Positions 26,384 to 39,199 of a DNA stretch of 64,000 nucleotides are shown here, piece after piece; positions within the stretch are counted from its first letter, which is position 1; each line of letters opens with the position of its first letter. Source of the DNA: Eledone cirrhosa (taxonomy: Eukaryota); contig OZ024742.1 in assembly GCA_964016885.1 (NCBI GenBank), positions 119,474,001 through 119,538,000 on the forward strand. The letters run 5' to 3'. The notes below the pieces were generated by a model. It saw only the letters and a list, made by a program, of their open reading frames with translations. It made no database searches and was not told where the DNA came from. The position numbers were made by a program, and so were the translations under genes.

Positions 26384-27390
26384 TATATATTCTGTTACTG
26401 GTTTTAGGTATTTGATTGCAGCCATGCTAGGACCCTGCCCTATACATGTGTTTTAGTGTGAGAAACTGTAGACTCCAGCTTTTTTACACTATTACCATAC
26501 ATGGTTATTGTTTTCTTACCAATACCTAAGTTGGTAGGAAATTTCTTCTAACAAATTATCCAATTTCAAAATTCTCTGAAACTAATATTAGTTTTCGTTT
26601 CCAACATGCTAATTTAATTTGTAGGGAAATGCAATAATGTTATATCTTCACTTTCAAAAGACTGAAAACTAGCTTTTATTGCTGTTGTTGTTCATTGTCA
26701 GTGCTTATTCAACCTCTCTGCAAATTCTTTAAATACCAAAGCAGTTCAAACATCGTAAATGTCAATCTCTTACTAATTGAAAATTGGCTACATGATTTAA
26801 TAATTGTCCTCTAAAGTATAGTCCTGTAATTTACACATGTAATACACACACACACCCACACACACACACACCTACACCTACTCTTACACACATACACATA
26901 CATGCAAGCACTCTCATGCATCCATGCATAACACATACACCCACCCACACTCCTATGCACCCATGAACAATACTTACATCTTCATGTACACACATACACC
27001 TACATGTACATACAAATATACATACACTTATACCTACATGTACACACACACACACATATATCAATGAAAGCATATGTATAAATGTAACATTTTTTTTCAG
27101 GATAAGAAAAGTTTGTGTTTGTTCTTGTTTAAACTTCTATTTTAACAGAGGAGCAAGTCTATCAGATCTTGATCCATACTTTATAAATAAATATTTGAAG
27201 TGATAGCAAAGTCTGGTGTCATGTCAAACCTTGCTTAATATTGTTGCATGAAAAAGGGTGGTGGATGAGCAGAATTTAAAGACCATTGGATAAAATGTCA
27301 CTGCTCTGGCTGTTTATATTTTGAGCTCAAATCCTACAAATGACAACTTTACCTTTCATGCTTCAGTGGTTAATTTCATTATTATTATTT

Positions 27391-30213
27391 CGATAGAGTT
27401 CTGCAAAGAACTAGCGTTAGAGAAAAATAGAAAGGAGGGGGAGCTGGTAGATAAGTTAGACGAGGCTATTTGTAGTGGCATCGCAACTGACGTGCTAGCG
27501 GCGAGAATGGCATTAGACCATTTCTTCAATGCCAAACATGAAGGTTGCATTGTCAGAGCTAAGGCGCGTGCGCTGAGAAACGAGGGAACTAAAGCTGTTC
27601 GATGGGCCCGCGTGGCGGAGGCGCAGCGTGGTAATAAAACCACAATTCGGTCTTTGGCGGACCGAGACGGACACGAGATAAGAGATTCCAAGCGGATGTG
27701 TGAGGCCTTTCGCCAGCACTTTGCTCGGTTGTTCGGGGGGAGTGGCGGGTCAGAGAGAGTAGCGGATTTCAGTCCCTACCTTGACGGCTTGCCGCGCATC
27801 TCGACGGTCGACGCTGAGCGCTGCGAAAGGCCGATTACTTCAGCCGAAATTCAGGACGCCCTTGTCGGCTGCATGAGGCGCAAGTCACCAGGCTTGGAGG
27901 GCCTGTCCTACGAGCTTTACGTAAATATGCCAGACTTGTTCTCCGAACTCCTCGAAGCACTCTACTGTAACTGGCAGCAGAATGGGAGTATTCCCAGTTC
28001 TGTGAGCAGGGGAGTGGTGACGCTGATAAGGAAAGACGAGAACAAGAGGGATACATTAGACAACTTCAGGCCCATAACTCTGCTCAACACAGAGTTTAAG
28101 ATTTTGGCCAAAGTGTTAGCAAAGAGATTGGCGCTTGTCGTCGAGGATTTGGTTGGGGAGGCGCAAACTTGCGCAATCCCAGCCAGGTCCATACACGACA
28201 ATCTCCACCTCATGCGATACATCATAGAGAGGGTAGGGTGTAAACCTGGCTTCGGTGGGGCACTGATCAATTTAGATCAATCGAAAGCATTCGATAGGGT
28301 CGACCATCGGTATCTGGAGTTTGTCCTCAAAGCAGCTGGCGTCGGCCCTGTCTTTAGAAGCTGGATCGTTGCAATGCACAGCGGCACACGCTCGGTGGTC
28401 AAAGTTAATGGCCACCTCTCGGAACCATTTCGGCTCTCCCGATCGGTCCGTCAAGGGTGCCCTCTCTCTTCCCTTCTGTACGTATTGACTCTCGAGCCTT
28501 TACTGCGGAAGCTGGAGCTGTTGCAGGGCATCCCGCTTGAACCGGGACGTGGAAAGGCGGTGTCGGCTTATGCGGACGACATCACCGTGATGGTGTCGAA
28601 CACCTCAGAAATCGAGGTGGACGGCACCTTATTGAAGGAATATGAAAGGTTGACAGGAGCCAAACTTAACCCGGAAAAGTCGGTGGGCTTGCAGCTCGGA
28701 ACCTGGTGAGGCAAGCCCATGCCGTCCAACAGCGTCGTGGGGCGCTGGACGGACGGACCAGTAAAGTTGCTCGGGGTTTGGTTCGGACCAGACCTCCAGG
28801 TGGAAAAGAATTGGGACGAGGTAACGAGCAGAGTAGCCAGTCTCACCCAAAAATGGGCTGGGAGGAAGCTATCACTGAAAGGTCGCGCGGAGGTGGCGAA
28901 TGCGTACATCGCGTCCGTCATCTATTACCGCCTAACCGTCGTGCCTTGCCCCCGTCCGCGCCTCGTCAAGTTGGAACAGCTTCTCTTCAAATTCTTGTGG
29001 AGGGGACAAGTTCCGTTGGTGACGCGGTCCATCTGCTGCCAGCACCCTCTACACGGAGGGCTGGGCATGCCGTGGATAATGATGCGCAGACATGCGTTGA
29101 GGCTGCGACATCTCCAGATATTCTGCCTCAATGGTGAACAGGTGTGGTCGCCGTTTATCAGACGGGCCTTTCCGCAGCTCATTTCTTTGACTGAGCTGCA
29201 GTCCTGGGTCAAGAAGAGACCGAGACTGGGTGACTGGCACCTGGAATGTTGCCAGGCACTCACTGCCCTCTACCAAGCGGGCAATGCGATCAGTGGAACT
29301 TCCACTCTCGAGTTCTATAGAGGATTAGTGGTGGGCAAGTGCGATGACGCACTCGGAGAAGCTTTGGGCCTCGACGAAGTCGAACTGACCAGTCTGTACC
29401 GGAGGACTTTTGAGCCGGGGACGATGGACAATTTCCAGAAATCCCTCACTTGGCAGTGCTACCGGGGGTCACTGCCGGTTCGGGATAAACTCTACAGGCA
29501 CGGAAGTGCTGTCAGACGGACCTGCCCAAGATGCGCACAGAACGACGAAACCGTTCTGCACGCACTTGTCCAATGTCCGTGCATTACTGACTTGTGGAGT
29601 TATGTCGAACAGCTACTGTCGCGTGTGGAACGAATCCAGTTATCGGCCGAGTCCATAGTGAAGATCGATCTACCGCCTTCCTTAGGTCAGGAAGAGCAGG
29701 ACATTTTCCTCTGTCTGGTGGCAGTTGCGAAAGAGATTATATGGTGGACCAGGTTGAAAGGACTAAAGACAGACACTTTTCTCTTCGGCCAATCCCTCAT
29801 CAACTTCTTCAAGTTTCACCTGGAAAGGAGGTTGAGGGTGGAGAGAGAAGTGCTGCCCCCCAGTACATTTGCTAAAAGGTGGGTGAATGTGGCGAGAATG
29901 GCTCGTGTGAATGGGCCTACTCTGACCATGCGCCTATAGGCTAGCTAACTTGAGGAAAGGGGTGCTCTCCTGGGTGCCCTAGAAGCGCAGGGTGGTTCAG
30001 GATTGGTGGGGTACCCGAATCACCCCAGGGTCGTCCACCCCCTATCGGGGAATTTATTTTGTTATATTTTGCATAGTTTATTTTATATTTTATATTTTCA
30101 TTGTTAAATTAGTCTTGCCATTGTGCACTTTTACTCGACCTTATTGTAAACCCCCACTGTCCATGTCTTTGTATTGTCCCCTACATGTCGGCCCCTGTGG
30201 CTAATAAATGAAA

Positions 30214-30250
<37 letters not shown>
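27391..30250 (+). mobile_element. Tx1/L1-clade LINE, 5'-truncated ORF2 (RT + C-terminal Zn-binding region), one premature stop at 28707-28709
   Basis: KSPGLEG, NFRPITLLNTEFKILAK, NLDQSKAFDRV, QGCPLS, AYADD, LSLKGR, CPRC...ET..H....C; AATAAA and (TAT)n tail. Confidence 0.92.
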
Positions 30251-30254
30251 GTTA

Positions 30255-30460
30255 GGGCGGTAGATTAGCAGTATCGGTAGAGGGTCGGACACCATGCTTT
30301 CCAGCATAGTTACGTCCCTTTACAATCTGAGTTCAAATCCCGCCGAGGTTGACTTTACCTTTCATCCTTACGGGGGTCGATAAAATAAAGTACCAGTAAT
30401 ACACTGGGTAATTGCTGGCCTTGTGCCTAAAGTAGAAACAATAATAATTATTATTATTAT
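30255..30460 (+). mobile_element. SINE (same family as 12989)
   Basis: Full head-core-tail copy. Confidence 0.85.
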
Positions 30461-30462
30461 TA

Positions 30463-32324
30463 TCTTTGGGCCCGTCTTGAGAGACTGGATCGCTCTGTGG
30501 TGAGGCGACATCTGCTCTGTGGTGAGAGTGAACGGTCACCTTTCGGAGCCGTTCAACATCATGCGCTCGGTCCGCCAAGGATGACCCCTCTCGTTCCTCT
30601 TGTACGTATTGATTCTCAAGCCATTACTGCACAAACTGGAGACGTTGAGGGGGGTCCTGTGCAAACTAGGATGCAGAAGATCCGTGTAAGCATATGCGGA
30701 CGATGTCACCGTAGTGGTGTCGAACGCCAAACACATCGAGGCGATCGGCACTATACTAAGAGAATACGAAGCGATGACAGGAGCAATGATCAACCAGGAA
30801 AAGTCAGTGGACCTGCAGCTCGGCACCTGGAGAGGCAGGTCCATGCCGTCTAACAGCATCGTCGGGCGCTGGACGGACGGACCGGTTAAATTGCTAGGGG
30901 TCTGGTTCGGTCCGCACCTCCAGACGGACAAAAACTGGGACGAGGTGACGAGCAGGGTGGCTTCTCTCACCCAGAAATGGGCGGAGAGGAAGCTATCCCT
31001 GAAAGGTCGAGCGGAGATGGCTAACGTGTACATCGCGTCCGTCATCTACTACCGCCTGACCGTCGTACCTTGTCCTAAGCCTCGCCTGACTGCGCTGGAG
31101 CGTTTGCTCTTTCGCTTTTTGTGGAAGGGACGCGCTCCGATGGTCAGGCGGTCCATCTGCTGTCAACACCCGCTACGTGGAGGGCTGGGCATGCCGTGGC
31201 TGATGATGCGCAGACATGCGCTCAGGCTACGACATCTCCACCTCTTCCTCGACGGTGATCATGTGTGGTCGCCGTTTGCTAGACGCGTCTTTCCCCAGCT
31301 CGTCTCCTTGACGGAGCTGCAGTCCTGAGTCAAGCGAAGACCGAGAGGGAGCGCCTGGAGACTGGAATGTCTTCAGGCGCTCACAGTCCTCGACCAATCG
31401 GGCAATGTGATCGGTGGAAACTCCACCTCGGCGTTCTATAGAGGATTAGTGGAGGGGAACAGCGACGACGTACTTGGGGAAACTCTAGGCGTCGACGAAA
31501 ATCAACTAGCCAATCTCTTCGGGTGAACTTTCGGGCCGGGACCTATGGACAACTTCCAGAAATCTCTGGCCTGGCTGTGCTACCGAGGATCTTTGCCAGT
31601 TCGGGATAAACTCTACAGGCATGGAGGTGCCGTCAGCCGGGCAAGTCCGAGATGCAAGCAGGGCGACGAAACCGTCCTGCACGCACTAGTCCAGTGTCCG
31701 AACATTGCTGACTTGTGGGTTTATGTCGAACACCTGCTGTCGCGTGTGGGACGGATCCGGCTATCAGCTGAGTCCATCGTGAGGATTGCCCCGACCTCTT
31801 CCTTTAGCCGGGAAGGGCAGGCAATCTTTATCTGTCTGGTGGCCATGGCGAAATAGATAGTGTGGTGGACACGTTTGAAAGGGCTGAAGACGAGCACTTA
31901 CCTCTTCGGTGATGCCCTGATTAACTTTTTCAAATTTCATTTTCCTTTTCAAATTTCATTTGAAAAGGAAAATCAGGGTAGAGAGGGAAGTGCTCTCTTC
32001 CCAGCATTTTGTTGAAAGATGGGTGAGAGGGGCAAGAATGGCCCGAGTGAATGGACTACTCTGAGTATGTGTCTATAAATTAAAGGTGGAAAACTCGGAG
32101 AGGGCACTTGCCCTGGTGGTCAGGGTCACTGTGGCTTTTTAATGGGCTTTCTCCACGAATGTCCCTCGGAAGTCTCCCCCATAGGGGAATTTTTCATTGT
32201 TATTTTTTTGTTACATCCTCTGTTTTTGTTTTTTACACGCAGAAATGCCCATTTGTACCGTCTTGTATTGTCCTGTACTGTCCTTAATGTCTACTTTATG
32301 TAAACCCTTGTGGTTAATAAAGAC

Positions 32325-32366
<42 letters not shown>
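30463..32366 (+). mobile_element. Tx1/L1-clade LINE fragment, sister subfamily, several stops
   Basis: AYADD, LQLGTWRGRSMPSN, WAERKLSLKGR, MDNFQKSLAW.CYRG; (TAT)n tail. Confidence 0.9.
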
Positions 32367-32368
<2 letters not shown>

Positions 32369-33592
32369 AAACAAACAGTCAAATGTTGGGGTTTAGTTAA
32401 TCAACTTTGCTCTTCCCCACAAAATTTGCTGGCCTTGTGATAAATTAGAAATCAATACTGTTGCATAGAAATAAATCAGAAATAAATTAGATAAAAATCA
32501 GACAGAGTATATTATTATATTGATCACAGGTGGATGATTGGCAAACAACTCATGGATTTAAAACAAGTTTTAGAAGGATGAAATTCAATAATAATAGGGA
32601 TTTAGCTGAAAGCTGATTTAAAACAAATTGGTGATCTAGTGCCAACAACTGGAATAGACCTCCTTAGGCTTTGATGATGACTGTTCAAGTTGTTTGATTA
32701 ATTGTACATAAAATTAATGTACATGTGACTGAGAAGTTTATAGACATATAACTTTAACATAATTCTCAGGAAGATTGAGTATGACTCAGTGCATGACAAG
32801 GCTGGTGTTTTGAATTACAGCAGGTACAATCCATCCAACAGACTTCCAAACAGTTTCTGTCTACCTCATTTAATTAATAAAGCTTGGACTGATCCTAGAC
32901 TATGGTAAATAACACTTGCAAAAATTCTACACAGCATGATCAAATTTGAAACTTAATGATTGCAATGTAAACTTCTTAACCATTTAATGGTTGGACATTT
33001 AATGGTGGGACAAACACCATCTTTGGGCTATATCATTTTGACTACTCTACTATATTTACCATAGATTGTGAAATCAAATTATTCTACAAAAAAAATAAAA
33101 TACTGCTCCAAATCTGATGAATATTTTCTCCATTGGGTTATTGTTGTTTTAGAAGTATAGAAAAAAATTAGGCCATTGTGTGCCTACGTCTTAATTTCCA
33201 GGTTTTTTGTATATTCAATGTCTATTAATGGAAATAATTGTTATTAACTATCCTTTGTTAAGATTCTATCAATAAAAAGGGTCTTATTTATTGCAATTAA
33301 GCATACATATTTTATCTAGTTCTCATCATAAAATATACAATACAAATTAATTTATAGCATAGAGTATAGCAAAAGTGGTTCAGTATTCTGGTTGGACTGT
33401 TGGAGTGACCGTTGGGTGGCTTTGTGAAGGATAAAGTAAGATAATGCGAAGTCAAGTTTATAATTTTAAACTACTTTGTTTTAATTAATATCCATTGAAG
33501 GGTTGCAGTTCTCAGTATAGATTATTTCACAATTCCATTTCAAATATATTCATCATAATAAGTGGGACATAAACAATTCACTCTTCAGTATT

Positions 33593-33768
33593 TGGCAGTA
33601 TCGGTAGAGGGTCGGACGCCATGCTTTCAAGCATAGTTACGTCCCTTTACGATCTGAGTTCAAATCCCGCCGAGGTTGACTTTGCCTTTCATCCTTACGG
33701 GGTCGATAAAATAAAGTACCAGTAATGCACTGGGTAATTGCTGGCCTTGTGCCTAAAGTAGAAACAAG
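33593..33768 (+). mobile_element. SINE (same family as 12989)
   Basis: Near-consensus copy. Confidence 0.85.
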
Positions 33769-34294
33769 TATATTTATATTTATATTTAAAGGGGGTAATT
33801 AGGCTCAATAAACAATGTGTAAAAGAACAGAAGTATTCAACAGTGGAAAATAAATGTTAAATGATGATGAAAGTATTTCATAATTAATTTAGTACACTAA
33901 TACCCAGTATTGCCAAAATTTGTTTAGGATTGCTGATATTCATAATCATCATCATCGTTTAATGTCCATCTTCCATGCTTGCATGGGTTTGGACCACGAT
34001 ATTATATAGCTTAATTCGGAGTTTTTTTTTATGTTGAACTGTAATGGTAGGAACCCAAATCATTGAACCCTTATAACCAATAATTCCAAAACGTGATTCT
34101 CCCAGTTTCTACTTTCATTTAGAAACCCAACCAGATAACAAACATCATTTTCAGAATATATATAACATTCAAAGGATAAACCACCAACTCAAATGGAATG
34201 TTTTTTCTAGGACAAAACTGTACAAGGACAGCAATATTTTCTGTAATATCTGCTCTAGTGAGGCCCCAGTAATTATATTTGCTTAAAACCTAAT

Positions 34295-34484
34295 AATTGT
34301 TTCTACTTTTGGCACAAAGCTAGCAATTATCCCAGTACATTACTGGTACTTTATTTTATCGACCCCGTAAGAATGAAAGGCAAAGTTAACCTCGACATGA
34401 TTTGAACTCAGAATGTAAAGGGACGTAACTCTATGCTACAAAGCATGGTGTCTGACCCTCTACCAATACTGCCAATCCACTGCC
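34295..34484 (-). mobile_element. SINE with 13-bp TSD
   Basis: Reverse copy flanked by cttaaaacctaat at 34282-34294 and 34485-34497. Confidence 0.85.
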
Positions 34485-34865
34485 CTTAAAACCTAATTAT
34501 GATGGTAAGATTAGCTTCATGCAAACACCACATAAAGAAGGCCTTCTTAAGCTATAAATTTGATGGGTAACTGAAATACTTAACCTTTCATCATGCCCTT
34601 ACCTTCACTGCCTCCATATTCACCTCTTCTGTTCAATTTCTTGACAGCTCTCCCACTATCGACCACACATACTGCACCCTCTTTATCTCCATCTTCTACA
34701 GATCCTCGCTAACGCCATACCCTACTTCCAATTCCTTCGTCTTCGACAGCTCTGCAGTTAGGATCATGATTTTGAGACCCAGTCCCAACACATGGCTTCT
34801 CGCTTCATCCAGCGTGACTTCTCCTCCAAGCTTCCATTCCCTGCACCTATATATATATATATAAA

Positions 34866-35062
34866 CGCGGGTTGGCAGAAAAGTTCATAGGCTAAACAAG
34901 GTAATTTCATGGAATGATCAAATGAGGTTTATTTTTCAACATAGTCCCTGAAAAGAAACAATGCAGTTATTAATAAGAAGTGTTGAAATGAAAGCATGCA
35001 AGCTTTCACAGCTCTAGCATCACTTCTTCATGTCAATCTATGAACTTTTCAGCCCACCTTTT
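34866..35062. mobile_element. Mariner-type MITE (family of 3226-3423)
   Basis: aaaagttcataggcta...tatgaacttttcagc; shared internal sequence. Confidence 0.7.
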
Positions 35063-35084
35063 GTTAGGAGAGTGACTTGGTAGT

Positions 35085-37385
35085 GGAATTGTAGGGTAGA
35101 TTAAACAATTAAAGCCAAGAGATAGACATGGAAGGAATGGCAAAATGGCAGTAGCAGAAAACTTTACCAAGTGGCCAGGAGAGAGGAGAGGTGACAAATA
35201 TACTTTGCAAGGAGGGGAACAGAAGGTAAGAATTTATGCATGTTATGTGGCATGATGACCAAAGACACGAGGTGTCCAGGGTTACAGGGCAGTGTATCAG
35301 GACAAATAGTGATGTTATGGGAGAGAAGTGTATTCATGACAATGGTGCACTTGCCCTCACTGAAACTGAAAAGAAGGCAGCATGGAAGTGTCATTATGAG
35401 AGACTGATGAATGTGGAGAATGTGTGGAAGGAAGATAACCTACCCCAGGTGGACCCTACGGAGGAACCTGTGGAACAAGTCAGCAGCAGTGTAATAAATA
35501 AGGCAATTAGGGTCATGAAAATAAACAAAGCAGTGGGGCCATTGGGAATAGTTGCTGAGATGCTGAAGGAATCTGGAATGGTAGGACACACCATAACTAT
35601 CTATATTGTTAACCAAGTAATACAGAATGGCACCATACCCAATGACAGGTGTAGCAGCCTCATCATTAACAAGAGCAATGGTGATGTGCTAGACAGAGGG
35701 AACTATCGTGGCATCAAACTGATGGAAGCGGTCATGAAAGTTACAGAAAGAGTCATTGTACAACTGATTAAGGATCAAATTAACCTAGATGAGTTGTAGT
35801 TAGGATTTGTGCCAGAAAAACGTACCATGGATGCCCTTCTTCTTGTGAGGCATCTGCAGAAGTATCTAGCTAAACGCAAACCCCTCTACTTAGCATTTGT
35901 CAACCTAAAGAAAGCTGTTGACAGGGCACCCTGTTCTGTAATCTGGTGGGCTCTTAGAAAACTTGGAATAGACAAGTGGTTAGTGAGGGTGGTACAAGCC
36001 ATGTACAGAGAAGCTGTCAGTAAGGTTAAAGTTAATAATGACTATAGCGAGGAGTTTAGTGTGCAAGCTGGAGTCCACCAAGGCTCCGTTCTTAGTCCTC
36101 TCCTATTTATTATCGCCCCCCCCCCCCCCGACTATAACAGAAGAGTTTAAAACAGGATGTCCATGGGAACTCCTGTATGCTGATGATTTAGTTCTCATAC
36201 ATGACAGAACTAGAAAAAAAAAACAACCTGGAATCAAAAGGTCTTGAAGTCAACTTGGCAAAGACCAATGTTCTAGTAAGTAGTAAGGAAAACAAGGCCC
36301 TGATCCCTTCTGAGAAATGGCCTTGCACAGTGTATAGGAAAGGGGTGGGTAGAAATTCCAATCTCTGTCCAAAATTCAAGCTATGAGTACACAAGAGATG
36401 GAACGGGATCTCTGGTAGGTTAGCTAAGAACATAGGTTTTACTTGTGGTCACTGCACAGGAGCAGTAAGTAACAAACATTCACAAGAAACAAGTGCTATG
36501 AAATGATTGGAAGGTTCTGTAAAAGCAGTCAACAGCTTCTGTTACCTGGCTGACCAAATTAGCAGTGGAGGTGGGTGTGCCAAAAGTACAGTAGCCAGAG
36601 TGAGAATGAGATAGAAAAAGTTCAGGGAGCTACTACTGCTGCTAGCTACAAAATAATTGCCCCTCAAAATGAAGGGCAGATTGTATGATGCATATATATG
36701 AACAGCAATGTTACATGGAAGTGAGACCTGGCTACTGTGTGCAGAGGACCTGTGAAGATTGGAAAGAAATGAAGCTGGTATGCTTCGATGGATGTTAATA
36801 GTAATATACATGAAAAGCATAAATGAACTGAGTGAGAAACTGCACATAAGAGAGATCAGATGCAGTGTGCAGAAGAGGAGATTGTGTTCGTATGGTCATG
36901 TGATGCATATGCAGGATGACAGCTGTATAAAAAGGTACAGGGTGCTCAAAATTGATGGAAGCTATGGAGTAGGAAGACCCAGGAAGACTTGGGATGAGGT
37001 GATATAAGTGGACCTTGCACAATTTCACCTTTCAAAGGCAATGAATGACACATGATCGAAATCTCTGGCTTTATGCAATGATAGAGAAGATGTGCCTTCT
37101 CATGTGCACAGGTTGAAGCATACAGTGGTCATGTAGGTGTCACGACAAAAACGCACTCAGTCCACACTGTGAAGTGGTCGTGTAGGTATCATGACAATAA
37201 GCACCCAGTACACACTGTAAATGTGGTTGGCGTTAGGAAGGGCATCTAACTGTAGAATCCAAGCCCAAATCAGTTCTGTATGAGCAAGACACGGTCACCT
37301 GATCTGGCTTGTCTCACAATGGGACACCTCGTCTAACCCATGCTAGCATGGAAAAATGGACGTTAAACGGTGATGATGATGATGA
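35085..37385 (+). mobile_element. RTE-clade LINE, degraded, with 3'UTR and (GAT)n tail
   Basis: AWKCHYERLMNVEN, NYRGIKLM, GVHQGSVLSPLLF, GCPWELLYADDL, degenerate PHD insert, GVGRPRKTWD. Confidence 0.88.
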
Positions 37386-37412
37386 CGCACACACGCACAC
37401 ACGCACACGCAC

Positions 37413-37463
<51 letters not shown>

Positions 37464-38199
37464 CATGTGTGTGTATATATGTGCTCATGCATGGATTTGA
37501 TCAAGCATACATGTGTGTACTTGTGTGTGTACCTTTCTACCATTAACCATTACTAAATTTAATTTATTACTCTCGAAAACGATCACAGCAAAACCATTTA
37601 TCAAATTTCACCTCATCACTTCCAGTTTAGCTTCACGAACATTGTCTCCTACCCTCCCTTAATCACCTTACACAAAAATTCTTTAACTTTACAATTCTTT
37701 GTATTTATTACACCACAGATCTTTACTCATTCAGAATACTTACCTCGTTAACGTTACTATCATAATTTCTGTCCTACCACTCTTTACATCTTCCTCTATC
37801 TTCTTTGTCTAAACCCATCAATCATTTGAATCCCAGAACGTTTTTCCAACCCTTCCCCTGGCATCTCAGCTTATAAGAACTCCCGCTAGTTATTTATCAT
37901 ATAGCTTTCTACATTCTGTTTATACACTTTGTTTTAAATTATAATCTTGTTTATGCAATTTATTTATCTCGTCATGTCCATTTTTATGTATATATTTATA
38001 TCTACTTTTAAATCAACTCTGATTCTAAATCATTAATTTTGTCAGCCTCTCGAGTGAAAATTTCCAGCTATAAATAGAACTCAACTGGAGAATTTCACCA
38101 TCTACCTTATGAATTGGAATAAAGAATTACGAACAATTTTGATCAGAAGTAATCTGCATTATTACAAAAAGGGAACTCAGGAAAATACCTTGTTGCAAA

Positions 38200-38660
38200 A
38201 TCATGTTTTGTTACGGTTTTACAAAACTGTTGCCATACGTTCATATCAAATACGTTTGGTCACTTCCAGTAAGTGACTATAAAAGACGAGGCTCAGAAAA
38301 ATTCTGCTTTTTAATCTCCAGCTCTTTCTCTCACATATCTTTGCATTGATAGCAATCCGGTCTTTCGGATGGCTGCGAAGCCATCACTGGTCAGTAATAT
38401 AACATCTGCGACAACACACCGGACTCTTTATTCTCTCTAACTCTTTCACACCTCGACATTCTCACCTTCGATCTGTCTCTCTTTAAAAGTTTTGCACGAT
38501 CAGGTCACATGCCTTCTTGAATTAGGAAAGGACTCTTTGGTCGGTTGCTTTAAGCCCCAGTTTAATGAAAATCCAGAACTAAATGAGGGTGAGTTCCGAA
38601 ATGAAATAAATATCAGGATTGAGTGATCGAAGTTTCATTTCGACATTTTATTCGTAATCA
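38200..38660 (-). pseudogene. Possible degraded hAT transposase fragment
   Basis: Frameshifted SDGFAAI...IAINAK..C...LEIK.EFSEPRL resembles ZMYM1-like hAT transposases; shares ctgcgaagcca with 47306. Confidence 0.3.
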
Positions 38661-38695
38661 CGCGTAACACGTGTTTCGTGAATGCATTATAGTTA

Positions 38696-38867
38696 CCGTA
38701 TTTACCGGCGCCGAAGACGCTTCGTCCTCGAGGACGCACCTTAATTTTGACAACCAAAAATTTGAAGAAAAAAAATAGTAAACAACCTTCGGCCTCCAGG
38801 ATGCATGGTAGATTTTTGAGACTTATTTTAGGAAAAAAAGTAACGTCTTCGACGCCGGAAAATACGG
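38696..38867. mobile_element. pogo/Tigger-like MITE
   Basis: 24-bp TIRs ccgtatttaccggcgccgaagacg / cgtcttcgacgccggaaaatacgg. Confidence 0.8.
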
Positions 38868-39199
38868 AATTTCTCCTCCACTGTTTTTGATACATCTTAA
38901 AATTCTTTTTCCAATTTCAGCTTTCTCTCTTCAATTTTTTAACATCTCACGGCTCTATTTTTGCTCTTTGCACTTTTACCGAATTTACTGTTGTAAATGT
39001 TTACACACACACAACATCCATCTCAACATTTCTTCGTTTGGTACATCTCAAAATTCCTGTTCCAGTTTTCAACCTCCTCTCTTCAACGTTTTAGGGTCTC
39101 ACTGTTCTATCTTTGCAGTTTTGCAGTTATTTTACTGGTTTATGTATTTAAACACACACAACATTCAGACTTAAATTCAAATTTAAATCTAAATTATTT

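Noticed and set aside
28707-28709. In-frame TGA joining two long Tx1 ORFs (selenocysteine or readthrough?)
   Set aside because: The sister copy has Arg (AGA) here, so CGA-to-TGA decay is the simple explanation.
38350-38400. CUGACCA-hairpin-GAAA on the minus strand
   Set aside because: Core mismatch and no stems I/III; better explained as hAT coding debris.
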